Assembly: GCF_018350175.1 (NCBI RefSeq)
Contig: NC_058373.1
Coordinates: forward strand, 107,944,001 to 108,008,000
DNA length: 64,000 nucleotides
Direction: 5' to 3'
Source: Felis catus
Lineage: Eukaryota
Shown here: piece after piece, positions 27,531-39,905 of the stretch
Layout: each line of letters opens with the position of its first letter
Numbering within the stretch: position 1 is the first letter of the stretch
The notes under the pieces: generated by a model
What the model was told of the DNA's origin: nothing
Databases searched by the model: none
Seen by the model: the letters and a program-made list of their open reading frames with translations, nothing else
Position numbers and translations under genes: made by a program

Positions 27531-28070
27531 AATAGTTACTGAATAGCCTCTTAGAGTCATTCTTGTTCAAGGAGCCAGCTCACAACTCACCTTCCTTTAT
27601 TTCTTTTGGAAGAGTCACTGATTCCGGTGATCTAAGCAGAAAGACTCATGTCATTCTGTTTTATGACTCTCAGAATAGCTCATGGTGGAAACAAAATAAA
27701 TATAATTTCTGAATTTCCTTTGTCCTCAACCACTTGGGATGCTTCTCTGAAACCACTGTGGGCATTTTAAAGTAACCCTGATTATGCAGCAACAACAATG
27801 CATAAAGTAACTCTTTCTACCCTTCTATGCTTGTGTGACAAAAGTTACAGCTATTAAATACCGGTGCTCAGTGACCTAATGAAGGATGAGCCGGTAATTG
27901 CGTATTTGGCACTTTGGGATCTGAGCCTCTGCCCTGTATGAACTTGTAATCTTCATTGTGTAGCCTTGTTAAGTTTGGCTGTTGAGTTACATGTTGGCAT
28001 TGGAGGCTAAGGAACTTCAAAGCCAAAAACTGACCTTTGCATATTTCAAAGTCAGAAGTCATACGATGAC

Positions 28071-28309
28071 TTTTTTTGCTTTTGCTTTTTTTTTTCTTTA
28101 CCATCTTTTTTTTTAAGTGTTATTTTATTTTGAGGGAGAGATAGCACGAGTAAGAGAGGGACAGAGAGAGGGAGACAGAGAATCCTAAGCAGGCTCTGCA
28201 CTGTCAGCACTGAAGCCGATGTGGGGCTCAAACTCATCAACAGCGAGATCATGACTTGAGCTGAAATCAAGAGTCGGATGCTTCACCAAGTGTGCCACCC
28301 AGGTGCCCC
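28071..28309 (-). mobile_element. CAN-SINE
   Basis: T-rich tail plus gacagagaatcctaagcaggctctgcactgtcagc...gccacccaggtgcccc. Confidence 0.9.
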
Positions 28310-29674
28310 ATTTTTTCTTTTTTTTTTTTAAGTGAAGATCATGATTACCCTTAAAATGGAAGCTGACCATGTCCATGAATGGCTCTGTAACCTTTGAATC
28401 TGTTTGACTAACCCTGTCAATGTTTTACTCTCTCATCTGGCTGCAAGCCATGGAAAAGTATTATGACTGGGTCCTCTCTGCTTTATAATCGTCTTTCCTA
28501 AAGTAGTTTCCCTTCTCCATCTTCACCAAAGCAAAGAATTTGAACTTACATTTCAGGATTCTTCTTCTCCTCCCTCTGGAATCTGTCTCTAAGGGATAAA
28601 GCACATCACTTTTTATAAGTTTAATTACCTTGGAACAAGGATCCCAGTGAGGTTTATGAAGCTTCCTTTCTTCCCCTGAAAATAAGACAGGCACTGAGCT
28701 GGCTAGGGAAGCTCACTGCTGTCTGTCTGACATGCTTCTGTTTATGTCTTTGGTCAGCGTCTTCTTCCATGACCAAGCTGGAACTAGGGAGGAGTAAGGC
28801 TTAGCCCCAGCTAAGGGGGAGACAGGTACACAGACCGAGCCTTCTGGAATACAGTGCAGGGCATGCCGTTATAGGAGCAGGAACTAACTGGGTACTCTGG
28901 GGGCAGAGTTGACTCTCTGGGGATATCAGGACAGAACTTACAGAGAAGGTGTGAGATATTTAGGCTGAGGGCAGAACTAATAGCCTGGGATTATATTATG
29001 CTCTTAATTGAACGCCCTTGGAATCCCAGTTTGGGAGTTTTGTCTATTAAGTAGCACCTGGTGTAAAACAAGCAATGGCGTTTCTCTCAGGGCTTGTACA
29101 GGTCTAAAGAAGGCCTAGAATTAGACTGAAAAGTCAGGATTGAAGTATAACCTGCCTCTGTGGCCTCCGGCATTCTGTGGCAGGGATGCACTGTGCTGTC
29201 AGTTCTATCTTCTGAGCAGTGAGGCTGTGTTCTGGACTTCTGCAGAGGGCATTGTGATGGGCAGCTTACAGAACTGATTGCAAGCACTTGTCTCTCCCTG
29301 AACGATTCCTGCTGCCCATGACAGCGACTGAGTAATAAGCAATTAAACCTCTTACCTGGGATGTTAGTCACAAGCTCTCTTGAGCAATCAAAGGTCGGTG
29401 CTCCAGACCGTTGTGGGTTTCTGTTAGCACTTGTTTCTGTTACCAAACAAAATCCTTTATGAGTCCTTAGCAGGCATAACAGCTTTAGGAGAATTCAGAA
29501 ACCCAGTAACCTTGTTTGGCAGTGAGAGAGCATGCTGTAGGCACAGGTCCACAGGGGCCTGGACGACTGGGCTAGAACCTGGTGCTGAAAGTGTTCGCCC
29601 CCCAGGCTCTGATCCCCCACGGGCTTGCTCTCCCCTGGGGCTGCCGACTGTGATCTCTAACCTTGGCCACTTCT

Positions 29675-29887
29675 TTTTTTTTTTTTAATTTTTAAAAATG
29701 TTTTTATTATTTATTTTTGAGAGAGAGTGTGAGCGGGGGAGGGGCAGAGAGAGAAGGAGACACAGAATCCGAAGCAGGCTCCAGGCTCTGAGCTGTCAGC
29801 ACAGAGACTGATGCGGGGCTCAAACCCACATGTGAGAGGATGACCTGAGCCAAAGTCGGACATTTAACTGAGCCACCCACAAGCCCC
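29675..29887 (-). mobile_element. CAN-SINE
   Basis: Reverse SINE body. Perfect 17-bp TSD taaccttggccacttct at 29658-29674 and 29888-29904. Confidence 0.95.
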
Positions 29888-30095
29888 TAACCTTGGCCAC
29901 TTCTAATGTGTGCCATCTGGCTGAGAGGAGCCACACGACCAGGCACTGATAGGGCCTAGAGTCTGAAACCACTCCTGGAAGAACAGCTGAGAGAGACCAT
30001 ACTCTTGGCCGTGACCTTCCTCCCATGTACAGGACCACAGTCATCCCACCTGCCACCCTGCACCTCGTGATTCCACCTTCAGATATGTCTTGCTT

Positions 30096-30307
30096 GAGGT
30101 GCCCAAGTGGCTCAGTCGGTTAAACGTCCCACTTCTGCTCAGGTCGTGATCTCATGGTCGTGGATTTGAAACCCACATCAGGCTCTGTGCTGACAGCTCA
30201 GAGCCTGGAGCCTGCTTTGGATTCTGTGTCTCCCTCTCTCTCTCTGCCCCTCCCCGACTCGCACTCTGTCTCTGTCTCTTGCTCAAAAATAAACAAACAT
30301 TAAAAAA
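30096..30307 (+). mobile_element. CAN-SINE
   Basis: gaggtgcccaagtggctcagtcggttaaacgtcc...aaaaataaacaaacattaaaaaaa; TSD ata(t/c)gtcttgct. Confidence 0.93.
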
Positions 30308-31144
30308 ATACGTCTTGCTCATATTGTGTGGTGACTATGGGGAAGGAAACCATCTCCACTGATCACAGCCTACTGAAAACAGTTGCTTGTTGGAAAGTAG
30401 GGTTTTGCATGGAGAAGGCCAGATTCGGTTTAGAGGCAGAAAAGGCTTCCTTTCCTGAAGTGGGCAGCTGCGCGCTTACACAGCTTATGCCCAGGGAGAT
30501 TGCTGCCAGGAGCAGGTGAGCAGAGAGAAGGGCTGGTCTGCGTTCCCACTGATCTGTGCCAGGAAAACTCTGCTGCTTTAACCTCATTTATCGGGGATTC
30601 CTAGAAAACAGGACTTTGTTTTCATTCCTGGGTGTCTCCAGTGACCTCTCTCTGTAAGACCTATGTGGTCACAGTATCAGCTCCCAGGGCACAGCCTGGA
30701 AACTGGTCACGCCAGTTCTGTCATCACCGATCTCCTCTGAGCCGAAAGGTGATCCTGGGCTGGACAGAGACCAGTCTGTCCCTCGGGCCACACAGGCCAA
30801 CACAACTTGATCCCCAGAGCAGAGATAGGTACATAGAGCCATGAGCGCCCTGACACAGCCCACTGTGAGTGTGAAGCTCCAGAATGACAGTCCTGTGCCC
30901 GCTGTGAAGATGCCCCGGTGAGGGGACACCATCATGCCTAGGTTTTTATATGTGGGTAGCCTATTCATATGGGACCATCGTCTAGGAGCCCTGAGGCAAA
31001 TTTTCAGAGTTGGTCTCAAGTTTTCTCTAAGATAACCCAAAGACGTTGGTTCCCTTTGAAATGTATGCAGAAAGCTTGCTTGGTGTGGTCTGATCGTCCA
31101 CCCCATGAGCCAGCCTGCCCAGGTTTGGGGCCCGGCTGCCCTAG

Positions 31145-31390
<246 letters not shown>

Positions 31391-31936
31391 TGATGCCTCC
31401 GCACGCCCTTATGCCTCATTGGGTGAATGATGGCAGAAAATGCCCTCGGTTCCTATAAATAACAATTTGAATAAAAAATGTTGTGGTAAACCTTGTAGTT
31501 GCTTTAGGCATTAGCCCTGAATGAGGACAAAGTGTGCTCTGCTCACAGCTAGTTATTTTCCTCTTTGTCTCTACTCGGTGCTTTGATCCCAGCCCCATTG
31601 AGCAGCAGTAAATAAAGTTCCTCAGTCTTTCCCATGCAAGTGAGTGAGCCCAGTATCTTCCTCCCTCTATAGGGATGCAGTGCCAACACCCTTTCTGTTT
31701 TGGATCTGCACACGTACCATTACCTAGGCTGAAACAGGCCATAAATGTTTGATCACCTGGATGAGAAGTCCTCTGAGTTGAACCACAGAGAAAACGGACC
31801 AGTCTCTAGAGATAGCATGAAATGTGCATTTTTTTTTTACTTTGATATTTCCTAATCCAACATTTTCCCGAGTCTTTAAGGACACATTTGTTAATCAGAT
31901 GTGCAAAGCACTTCTCACATTGCCTTCTTCACACAG

Positions 31937-32125
31937 ATCCTCCAGGAAATGCTCTACGGACCTGCAGTAGATTGGTGGGCAATGGGCGTGTTGCTCTACG
32001 AGATGCTGTGTGGTCACGCCCCCTTTGAGGCAGAGAACGAAGATGACCTCTTTGAAGCCATACTGAACGATGAAGTGGTTTACCCAACATGGCTCCATGA
32101 AGATGCCACAGGGATCCTGAAATCT
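31937..32125 (+). CDS. PRKCH: Protein kinase C eta, internal coding exon (subdomains IX-X; probably human exon 12)
   Basis: Acceptor ccttcttcacacag|ATC and donor TCT|gtaagt; 189 nt, phase 0-0. Encodes [63 protein letters not shown], in frame with the preceding exon. Confidence 0.97.
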
Positions 32126-33036
32126 GTAAGTCTGGCTTACCTAGCCAGGTTTGGCCGGCTGCATACCAGCTGGCCGTGTGTGCTGCTTGTGTTTTTTCAG
32201 TACCTTCCCATAGCAAGCTCCCAGTGCTAACTGCAATATATGTTTTAAATTGCAGAATCAAAGAATGAGTTCTCTCGGAATGTTTTCCTCTGTTATGCAA
32301 TAGTTCTTTCTGGGCCAAATGCAAGCGGTTGGTACCATTGTTTGCCACCTATCAAGTATTTCTAGCACCTGTGACTTTAGTGTAGGTGAAATGATGCACT
32401 TCCTTTATACAGTCAGGACATGCCAGGGTGTTGGGTCACGTGAACTCTATCCCCGGTTTGTTTACATGCTGACTGTTTCTGTCTGCAGTGTCCAAGAAGC
32501 AGGATGAAGGGGCCTTTCCCTTCGTGCTGGGTGAAGCCGGGAGAGGTTTTCCGAACTTCTGCAGATTCCTTTTGCATTCATATCATTCTTATGAATAATA
32601 AGTGAGGTGCCAGGCCCAGATTCAGGTGCAGTGCAGTTAATGTATCATGAAAAGTCTTTTTTGTGTGCATTTAAGGTACCATGTTGGAAGCCTTACTTTG
32701 AAGTGAGGAAGAAACTTGGATTTGATGCTTTTATGTTGAAAATAAAAAAGCACACGTAATCTGGATCATTCCTATAACCACATTAGTTGAATTTACAAAT
32801 CATGTATTATCACCTGCTGTATGCATAGGGGAATAAAGGTGAATAAAAGCTCAGTTCTTCCAGTAGGGAAAAATCAGAACAATCCATTCTCTCTGTTGGA
32901 TAAGAATTACTTTCCTTAAGTTATGTCCTTTTCAGTGATTTGAGGCAAAAAAAACAAAATTTGGGAAATATTGGCTATCATGTTGAGAGACTTGTCTCCC
33001 TTTAGAAATCTTCAGTCATATGATCAGCACCTTTTC

Positions 33037-33265
33037 TTTTAAAAAAAAATTTTTTTTTCAACGTTTATTTATTTTTGGGACAGAGAGAGACAGAGCATGA
33101 ACGGGGGGGGGGGGGGCAGAGAGAGAGGGAGACACAGAATCGGAAACAGGCTCCAGGCTCCGAGCCATCAGCCCAGAGCCTGACGCGGGGCTCGAACTCA
33201 CAGACCGCGAGATCGTGACCTGGCTGAAGCCGGACGCTTAACCGACTGCGCCACCCAGGCGCCCC
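33037..33265 (-). mobile_element. Young felid CAN-SINE (SINEC_Fc)
   Basis: Nearly identical to the 6450 copy, with an expanded G run. TSD gatcagc(a/g)ccttttc at 33022-33036 and 33268-33282. Confidence 0.96.
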
Positions 33266-33917
33266 AAGATCAGCGCCTTTTCAAAAACATTTTGTACGCA
33301 GGTCACTGTGTACTGGCTGAAGGCACGATTGTCCCTGAGAATTCTCCGTATCACTAAAAGTGAAATAATCACAGAAATCCTTTTCAGGCAAATATCGTCA
33401 AAGTGAATTGTAATTGGTAACTTGATTCCCAAGGCTAGGTGCCAGTACCCCCCTGATATTGAGGAAACACTAATCTCCTATAGAAATAAAAGTGAAGTCA
33501 CTTTGGATTCTGCCAAATATCTCCTAACAATGGCATATGTCCGTAAGAACAACTGAGTCGTAGAGTTAGTAGAAGTTTTAGACTGAGGAAACCAAGAATG
33601 TGGCTTTTATAATTTTATGAATAAAATACAAAGGAGGGCTTTTCTTTGTGGATTCATGCCCTAAAGTTTAACTTCTGGAAGGGAACAGCACTTGCTGAGG
33701 TTGGCTCCGGCTAACTCTGATGACCTAAGCTACTTTAACACAACCTAATCATGCTACAGAATCAGGCTTGCTTTGCATTATTACTTTCCCAGGACCATGG
33801 TCCATAATCTGGCTCTTAAGGCCTGCTAAACCCCTGTGGCCTACAACCAGCATCATTATATTAATGGTTTTTCATAGTGCACAAATTTAGTTCAATTTCT
33901 ATAGCTGATTTAGCATT

Positions 33918-34113
33918 ATTTTTTAAGTTTTATTTATTTTGAGAGAGAGAGAGAACATGAGCAGGGGAGGGAAAGAGAGAGAGAATCCCAAGCAGGCTCC
34001 ACCCACTGTCAGCACAGAGCCTGACACAGGGCTCTATCTCATGAACCAGAAGTCATGACCTGAGATGAAATCAAGAGTCAGACACTCAACCGACTGAGCC
34101 ACCCAGGCGCCCC
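33918..34113 (-). mobile_element. CAN-SINE
   Basis: Reverse SINE body; TSD ctgatt(t/c)agcatt. Confidence 0.92.
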
Positions 34114-35479
34114 TGATTCAGCATTTTTAAAATGTAAAAGAAAACTCCAGAGTTTATGACTCAAATGAAAGTACTAGTTTAAAGTATAAAGAAATGTGTC
34201 TTGTTCCCATGGTGTATGAATGTCATTATGCTTGCTACCATGAAGTGTAGGAAATAAGTCAGTCTGTGCCTTAGGAAACTTTCATGTTCTCTCTATAGGG
34301 TTAACAATCCAGTGCAGCGTTTCTCCGATAAATATCTCCTCTCTTTTGTCTGGATCCAGGGGAAATCTTGAGGCCTCATCATTTGAGTTGGACATCACTC
34401 ACATCTGCTTCTTTTGATTTTTTTTCTTCAAAACTGCAGTAGTCCTTAACTGTATTCCAGTATTTCAGAATCCTCTTGAGAGAATTCTTCCCAACTAATC
34501 TGGGACCTAGATCTTAGCTCCCTCATTCAATCCCTGCGAAACCTAGAATCAGTACTAAGTCAAGATTAAGATCCATATGGAACTATTAAGATAGCTTCTT
34601 CTTAAGCAGGTAAATCCAATTACTTTAAAAGATATCTTTGATGTGTGTAAAAATATTTTTTGGTAATGTGACTATAGGTTATCCAGAAACATTCTCCCTC
34701 CACAGTCTTTGTTCTAAGAGAAAACTGAACCTCTGGTGCCTAAAGTGAACCTAATCTTCACTGGAGAGTGACTTGTTCCCTCCCCTTGCAGTTTCGCTTT
34801 TTGGGAAACTGTGAACTTCTTCACTTCCTTTTAGTTTTCTTTCAGATACCAGTTGCTCAGCTGGGTTGAGACAGAACCTGAGGTCGTGATGTGTCATTGA
34901 CCTTGCACTGGTTTTCCTAAGTGTCATTCTGTGTTCTCTGTGGGGTGTCTCCCTGGAGGAAGGAGCATGGGCTTTCCTTGGTGACAGGCTTACCTCCTAG
35001 CTCTATTATATTTTGGCTCAGTGACCTTGGTAGTTACTGCACCTTTCTGAATCCTGGTGTCCTTGCTTACAAACTCAAGGTAATAAAACCCATGTCATAA
35101 GATTATTGTCCAGAACACCTTCAGCATTCCATTTCTTCTTTCTTCAAGGAGCATTCCTTAAAAGTGATTTTCTGGAAAACCCTTGAAAAAGGTATCTGAT
35201 AAAATTACTAAAATACATTTACCCAGAGGATTTCTGGGACACTTTTGTACATTTCAGCCTCTATGCCTAAAAATAAAAAGCTTAAATGCCATAGCTGAGG
35301 AAATGCAGCTCTTCTCTGCAGAGGGCTGAGACATTTAAATGGAAGTGTGATCAAGGAAAAGCCAGAAAACAGTTAAGAGCACTCAAGACTTGAGGAAAGG
35401 CTTCGTTCACCAAGAAGGAAAGGCTTCGTCTGGGTGTGGTGGTGAAGAACCTGCTTCCATAGCAGAGCTGTCCAAGGAC

Positions 35480-35925
35480 AAATCATGGCTCTTTCACTCA
35501 CTAGCTGTGTTATCTTTGGCAAATAGCTTAATTTTGCCATGCCTCAGTTTCCTCATCTGTACAACTAGGGTATGAGATAGTGTGCAGGGGGTACTTGGAA
35601 CAGTGTTCGGCATAGATTAGATGCTCAGGAGGTGGCCACTAATGTCATTAATGAAAGCCGGATGCATGAAATCGTTGTTCGACTCTGTCCTTTGAAAAAT
35701 GATTACTTTGTGTCTTGTGTTAGGAAAAGAGCTTAAGGTATCAAGTCATGCTTATAAACCATTCAGACTACTTTCTGGCTTTAATTGCAACTTGATTTAA
35801 TTAGGCCAATACAGTTTTTTACTGCTAGGAGAAACCTTAGAGATTGTCTGTTGTCTATTCTGATCCCCCCATTTTATAGATAAGGAAACTGAGGCCCAGA
35901 GAAATTGTGACTCACCAAAGGCCAT
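35480..35925. mobile_element. Two MIR relics in opposite orientations
   Basis: gcctcagtttcctcatctgtacaa (+, ~35540) and cccattttatagataaggaaactgaggcccagaga (-, ~35870). Confidence 0.7.
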
Positions 35926-35944
35926 TAAGCACATTTCTTGAAAC

Positions 35945-36625
35945 AAATTAGAACCCTTGTGCATTATTCGCGGGAATATAAAATGGTGCAGCCACTGTGG
36001 AAAACAATATGGCAGGCAGTTTCTCAAAAAATTAAACCTAAAATTACCACATGGTCCAGCAATTCCATTTCTGGATGTATTGCCAAAAGAAATGAAAGAG
36101 GAACTGGAACAGATATTTGTACACCAATGTTTATGGCAGCAGTATTCACAATGTCAAAAAGGTGGAAACAATCCAAATGTTCATTGACAGATGAATGGAT
36201 AAACACAATGTGGTAATAAGCATACAATGGATTATTATTCAGCTTTAAAAAGGAAGGAAATTTTGATACATGTTACAGCATGGATGGACTTTGAAGGCAT
36301 GCTTAATGAAATAAGCTAAACACAAAGGACAAATGTATGATTCCTCTTATATGAGGGACCTAGAATGACCTAGAATGTCAAATCTATAGAGACAAAAAGC
36401 AAAATGGTGTTTGCCAGGGACTAGGAGGCGGGGCGTGGGGAGGTAGTGCATAAGGGGTATGGAGTTTCAGTTTTGGAGGATGGAAAAAGTTCTGGAGATG
36501 GATGGGTAGTGATAGATGCCCAACAGTGTGACTATGCTGATGTGCTACACACTTAAAAGTGGTTCAGAAGGTAAATATCATGTTCTGTATATTATACCAC
36601 AGGTTTTTTAAAAAATAAAAGAAAA
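35945..36625 (+). mobile_element. Old L1 3' fragment (L1MA/MB-like)
   Basis: ORF2 C-terminal remnant (YKMVQPLWKT..., CTPMFMAAVFT...KQSKC...DEWINTMW), followed by 3'UTR and an A-rich end. Confidence 0.85.
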
Positions 36626-38546
36626 ACCCAGACCAGTAAGAACACGGGCACAAACATGACTAGGGTACAGGCTGAAGAATAAAAGGAGGTTGGAGGATGG
36701 GGCTTGGGGCCCACCAGGGTTCAAGGGGTGACAGTGGAAGAGGATTCAGTGAGGAGGTTAGGAAGGGATGACTTCAGGTTGTATAAACATCCAAATCTAA
36801 AACGTGTCTACTAGTTTTACTTGTGGCGAAATAGGCCAATGGTTTTACAATGTGATTTATTCACAAGCTGTTGTCTGCAGTAACTTTTGAGTGGTACTGG
36901 CTCAGTAGGAACAAATGGTCCTCTGCCAGATAACGGAGGGCTTGGGGAGTCCATCTATGTTAGAAGTTTGATAAGCTGAGACATTTTTAAGGACTCTGAA
37001 CAAGCCTTTATTCCGTTGTGCAATTCCAGTTCTAGATAAGGAACATTGCTTTCTTTAAAAATATTGACTTCAAGCCCTTTTCCAGGATTTTGTGACCGCC
37101 TATAATTCTGGGAACTTGGTGACATCAAGAGTTCCTAATGTTGAACGTTGACTCCATTGGCTGGTGTCTTGCATGGTCCTAAAAACTGTCAGGAGGTCCT
37201 CCAAGCTAAGTTTTGGACTGCAATCACTTGTCATTACCCTTAATTTTTAGAGCATGGTGACTATTAGAAACATACACACAGAATTGCTGAGATGAAAAAA
37301 TCTTTAAAAAGCAGTTTGTCTAAATCCCTCATTGGCAGATGAAGCCGAGACCCAGAGAGGTGAGCCGACTTCACACGATAGAGTGGAAGAAACATGCACT
37401 AGTCTGAGAGGCACGCAGCCTCATTCCCCTTCTGCCACGGCTCTTCAGTCTCCCTCTGCAAAGCAGGGTGATGACACCACTGGTACCCACTTCAAATGAG
37501 GGAGTACACATGAAAGCACTTTCGAAGTGGCACGCACGATGCGGGAGTTAAGTTCTTAGTATTGCCGAGTTATGAGTAGTAATTTCATAGCATACTGAGA
37601 GGTGTCGTTATCATCACCCTCTCTCCTTGATCAAGATCCACCAACATCACCAAGGTCATTAAGTGCTAAATTGTACACGAGGCTGGGTTGAATTTTTATT
37701 CCAGAGAGAACTGTATTGTGTTTTTCCAGGAGTTTCTGTCCAAACCAAAGACACCTATGGGGGATGTAAATAGCCACACAGATACTGATTCACTTATTCA
37801 TTTATCAGGCATGTATCCATGCATATATGCATAGCAGCCATGGTTCTGCTGTGTTCAGGTACTACACAAGGGGCTGGAGGTGCAGGGAGGACCATGACAG
37901 ACATCGTCCTTGCCCTCAAGGAATTTAAGTCCAGCAGGAATAGGAAGGAAAAAAGATGTTCGCAAAAGAAATTATACAAATAACGGTATACTTAACAATT
38001 TGACTTTTTTTTTTAAAGTCTAAGGTGCTTTGAGAAGATATAGCAGGTCGATGTAACCCAATCTAGGTCATCGAGGGAGGCCATCCTGAGGAAATGACAT
38101 TTAAGCTGAAACCAAAGGCTGAAGAGAAGCTAGTCAGGTTCAAGAAGTACACAAAGATCTTGAGATAGAATCCATTTGAGTACCTCTCTGGCAGTGGGGA
38201 CGGACTGTAGTGAGCAAAGGGGTAGGGCTATTGGGGTTGTAGGAGATGACGCTGTGTATGAAGGACACTGGAGGCCATGTGAAGGACGGCCAAGATAAGT
38301 CATTGAAGGATTTCAAGCAAGTTTGAGTCACAAAATTGTTTTTTTCATGTTTAAGAGATCATCCTGAATAGTTATAAAGAGATACTGTAGACCGGACAGA
38401 AGCATTTGCAAGTGAAATATCTAGGATTGTTTTTTCGCAGTAATCCAGGGGTAGCAGAGTGGAACAGATGAAACAAGATTGGGCGTGTTATAGTAAGTGT
38501 CAAGGCTACATGATGGTTACATATGTGTGTATGTTTGAAAATTTCC

Positions 38547-38771
38547 GGGGGCGCCTGGGGGGCTCAGTCGGTTAAGTGTCCTACTTCAGCTCAGGTCATG
38601 ATCTTATGGTCCTTGAGTTCAAGCCCTGCATCGGGCTCTGTGCTGACACCTCAGAGCCCAGAACCTGCTTCAGATTCTGTGTCTCCCTTTCTCTCTGCCC
38701 CTCTCCACCTCACACTCAGTCTCTCTCTGTCTCTGAAAAATGAATAAACCTTAAAAAATTTTTTTTAAAAA
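38547..38771 (+). mobile_element. CAN-SINE
   Basis: gggggcgcctgggggctcagtcggttaagtgtcc...tail; TSD-like gaaaa(t/c)t(t/c)cc. Confidence 0.92.
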
Positions 38772-38897
38772 GGAAAACTCCCATAATAGTACAATTTTTT
38801 CAATGTTATGTGTTGTGTGTATGTGCACATACACAGGCACATATGTATACATACATACTTAGAACTTGTATAACATTGATTTTATATGTATATGTAG

Positions 38898-38899
<2 letters not shown>

Positions 38900-38936
<37 letters not shown>
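38900..38936. repeat. (CA)n microsatellite
   Basis: About 18 perfect CA units. Confidence 0.95.
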
Positions 38937-38937
<1 letters not shown>

Positions 38938-39332
38938 TACAGACTGTGTAAAATGAATTTGGCCTTCATTAATGCATCAAAATCGTTTCACAATACAAAT
39001 ATACAAACAGAAGAAATAATGTGAGCCACAGAGCAGCTATCTGGCCAATCCAGCTACATCTTTTTTTTTTCTTTTTTTCAGTTTAGTTTTGAATTTATCA
39101 TGAAATATTTCATTAACAGTGGATCTGGATCCAGCTATGCCTTTTGATTGCCAGTGAGAGTCTCAAGGTCCTGGACTGGGAGTCTATATCATCCTGGTCA
39201 TTTTTATGCTACAAAATTAATCAGATTTTAGCATTCTCATTCTTCAACATCCATGAACAGTCTCTGTACCTTCCCAAGAAGTATACCTCAGCCCCAAGTT
39301 GATAAGCTAAGTGTACCCCAAAGAATGATTTC

Positions 39333-39365
<33 letters not shown>

Positions 39366-39707
39366 GAACAGGGAATAAGAGAGCCCTCACTGGTGAGCTC
39401 TGCCCCGAGCTGCTCCTCTCCTGCCCTGTGGGATCCTTTCTTGTGGGCTGGGTCCTCCCTTTCCCACCAAGGCAGGAAGGGCCAAGATCTCGAGCCAGCC
39501 CTTCACGTCCGCTCCCCCCACCACTCTCAGTTGGTGGGCCATCCCTATTTGGCTTCCTGAGATTTCCTGATGCTTTTTTCCTTAGAACATAAGGTCAGCA
39601 CTGTTCCTGGAATTGGTGTCTGCTGGATATTTTGCTTGCCTTTTTTTTTCCTTCAAAAGGAAATACTGTTTGAATTTCTTTTTACCTTTTAAAATGGAAG
39701 GTATTTA

Positions 39708-39905
39708 GGGGTACCTGGGTGGCTCAGTTGGTTAATCGTCTGACTCTTGATTTCAGCTCAGGTCATGATCTCACAGTTGGTGAGTTTGAGCCCCGCATAT
39801 GCTCTGACAGCATGGAAATTGCTTGGGATACTCTCTCTCCCTTTCTCTCTCTCTCTCTCTCTCTCTGCCCCTCTCCTGCTCTCTATCTCAAAAATAAACT
39901 TTTTA
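39708..39905 (+). mobile_element. CAN-SINE
   Basis: ggggtacctgggtggctcagttggttaatc...(ct)n...aaaaataaac; TSD aatggaagg(t/c)att. Confidence 0.92.
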
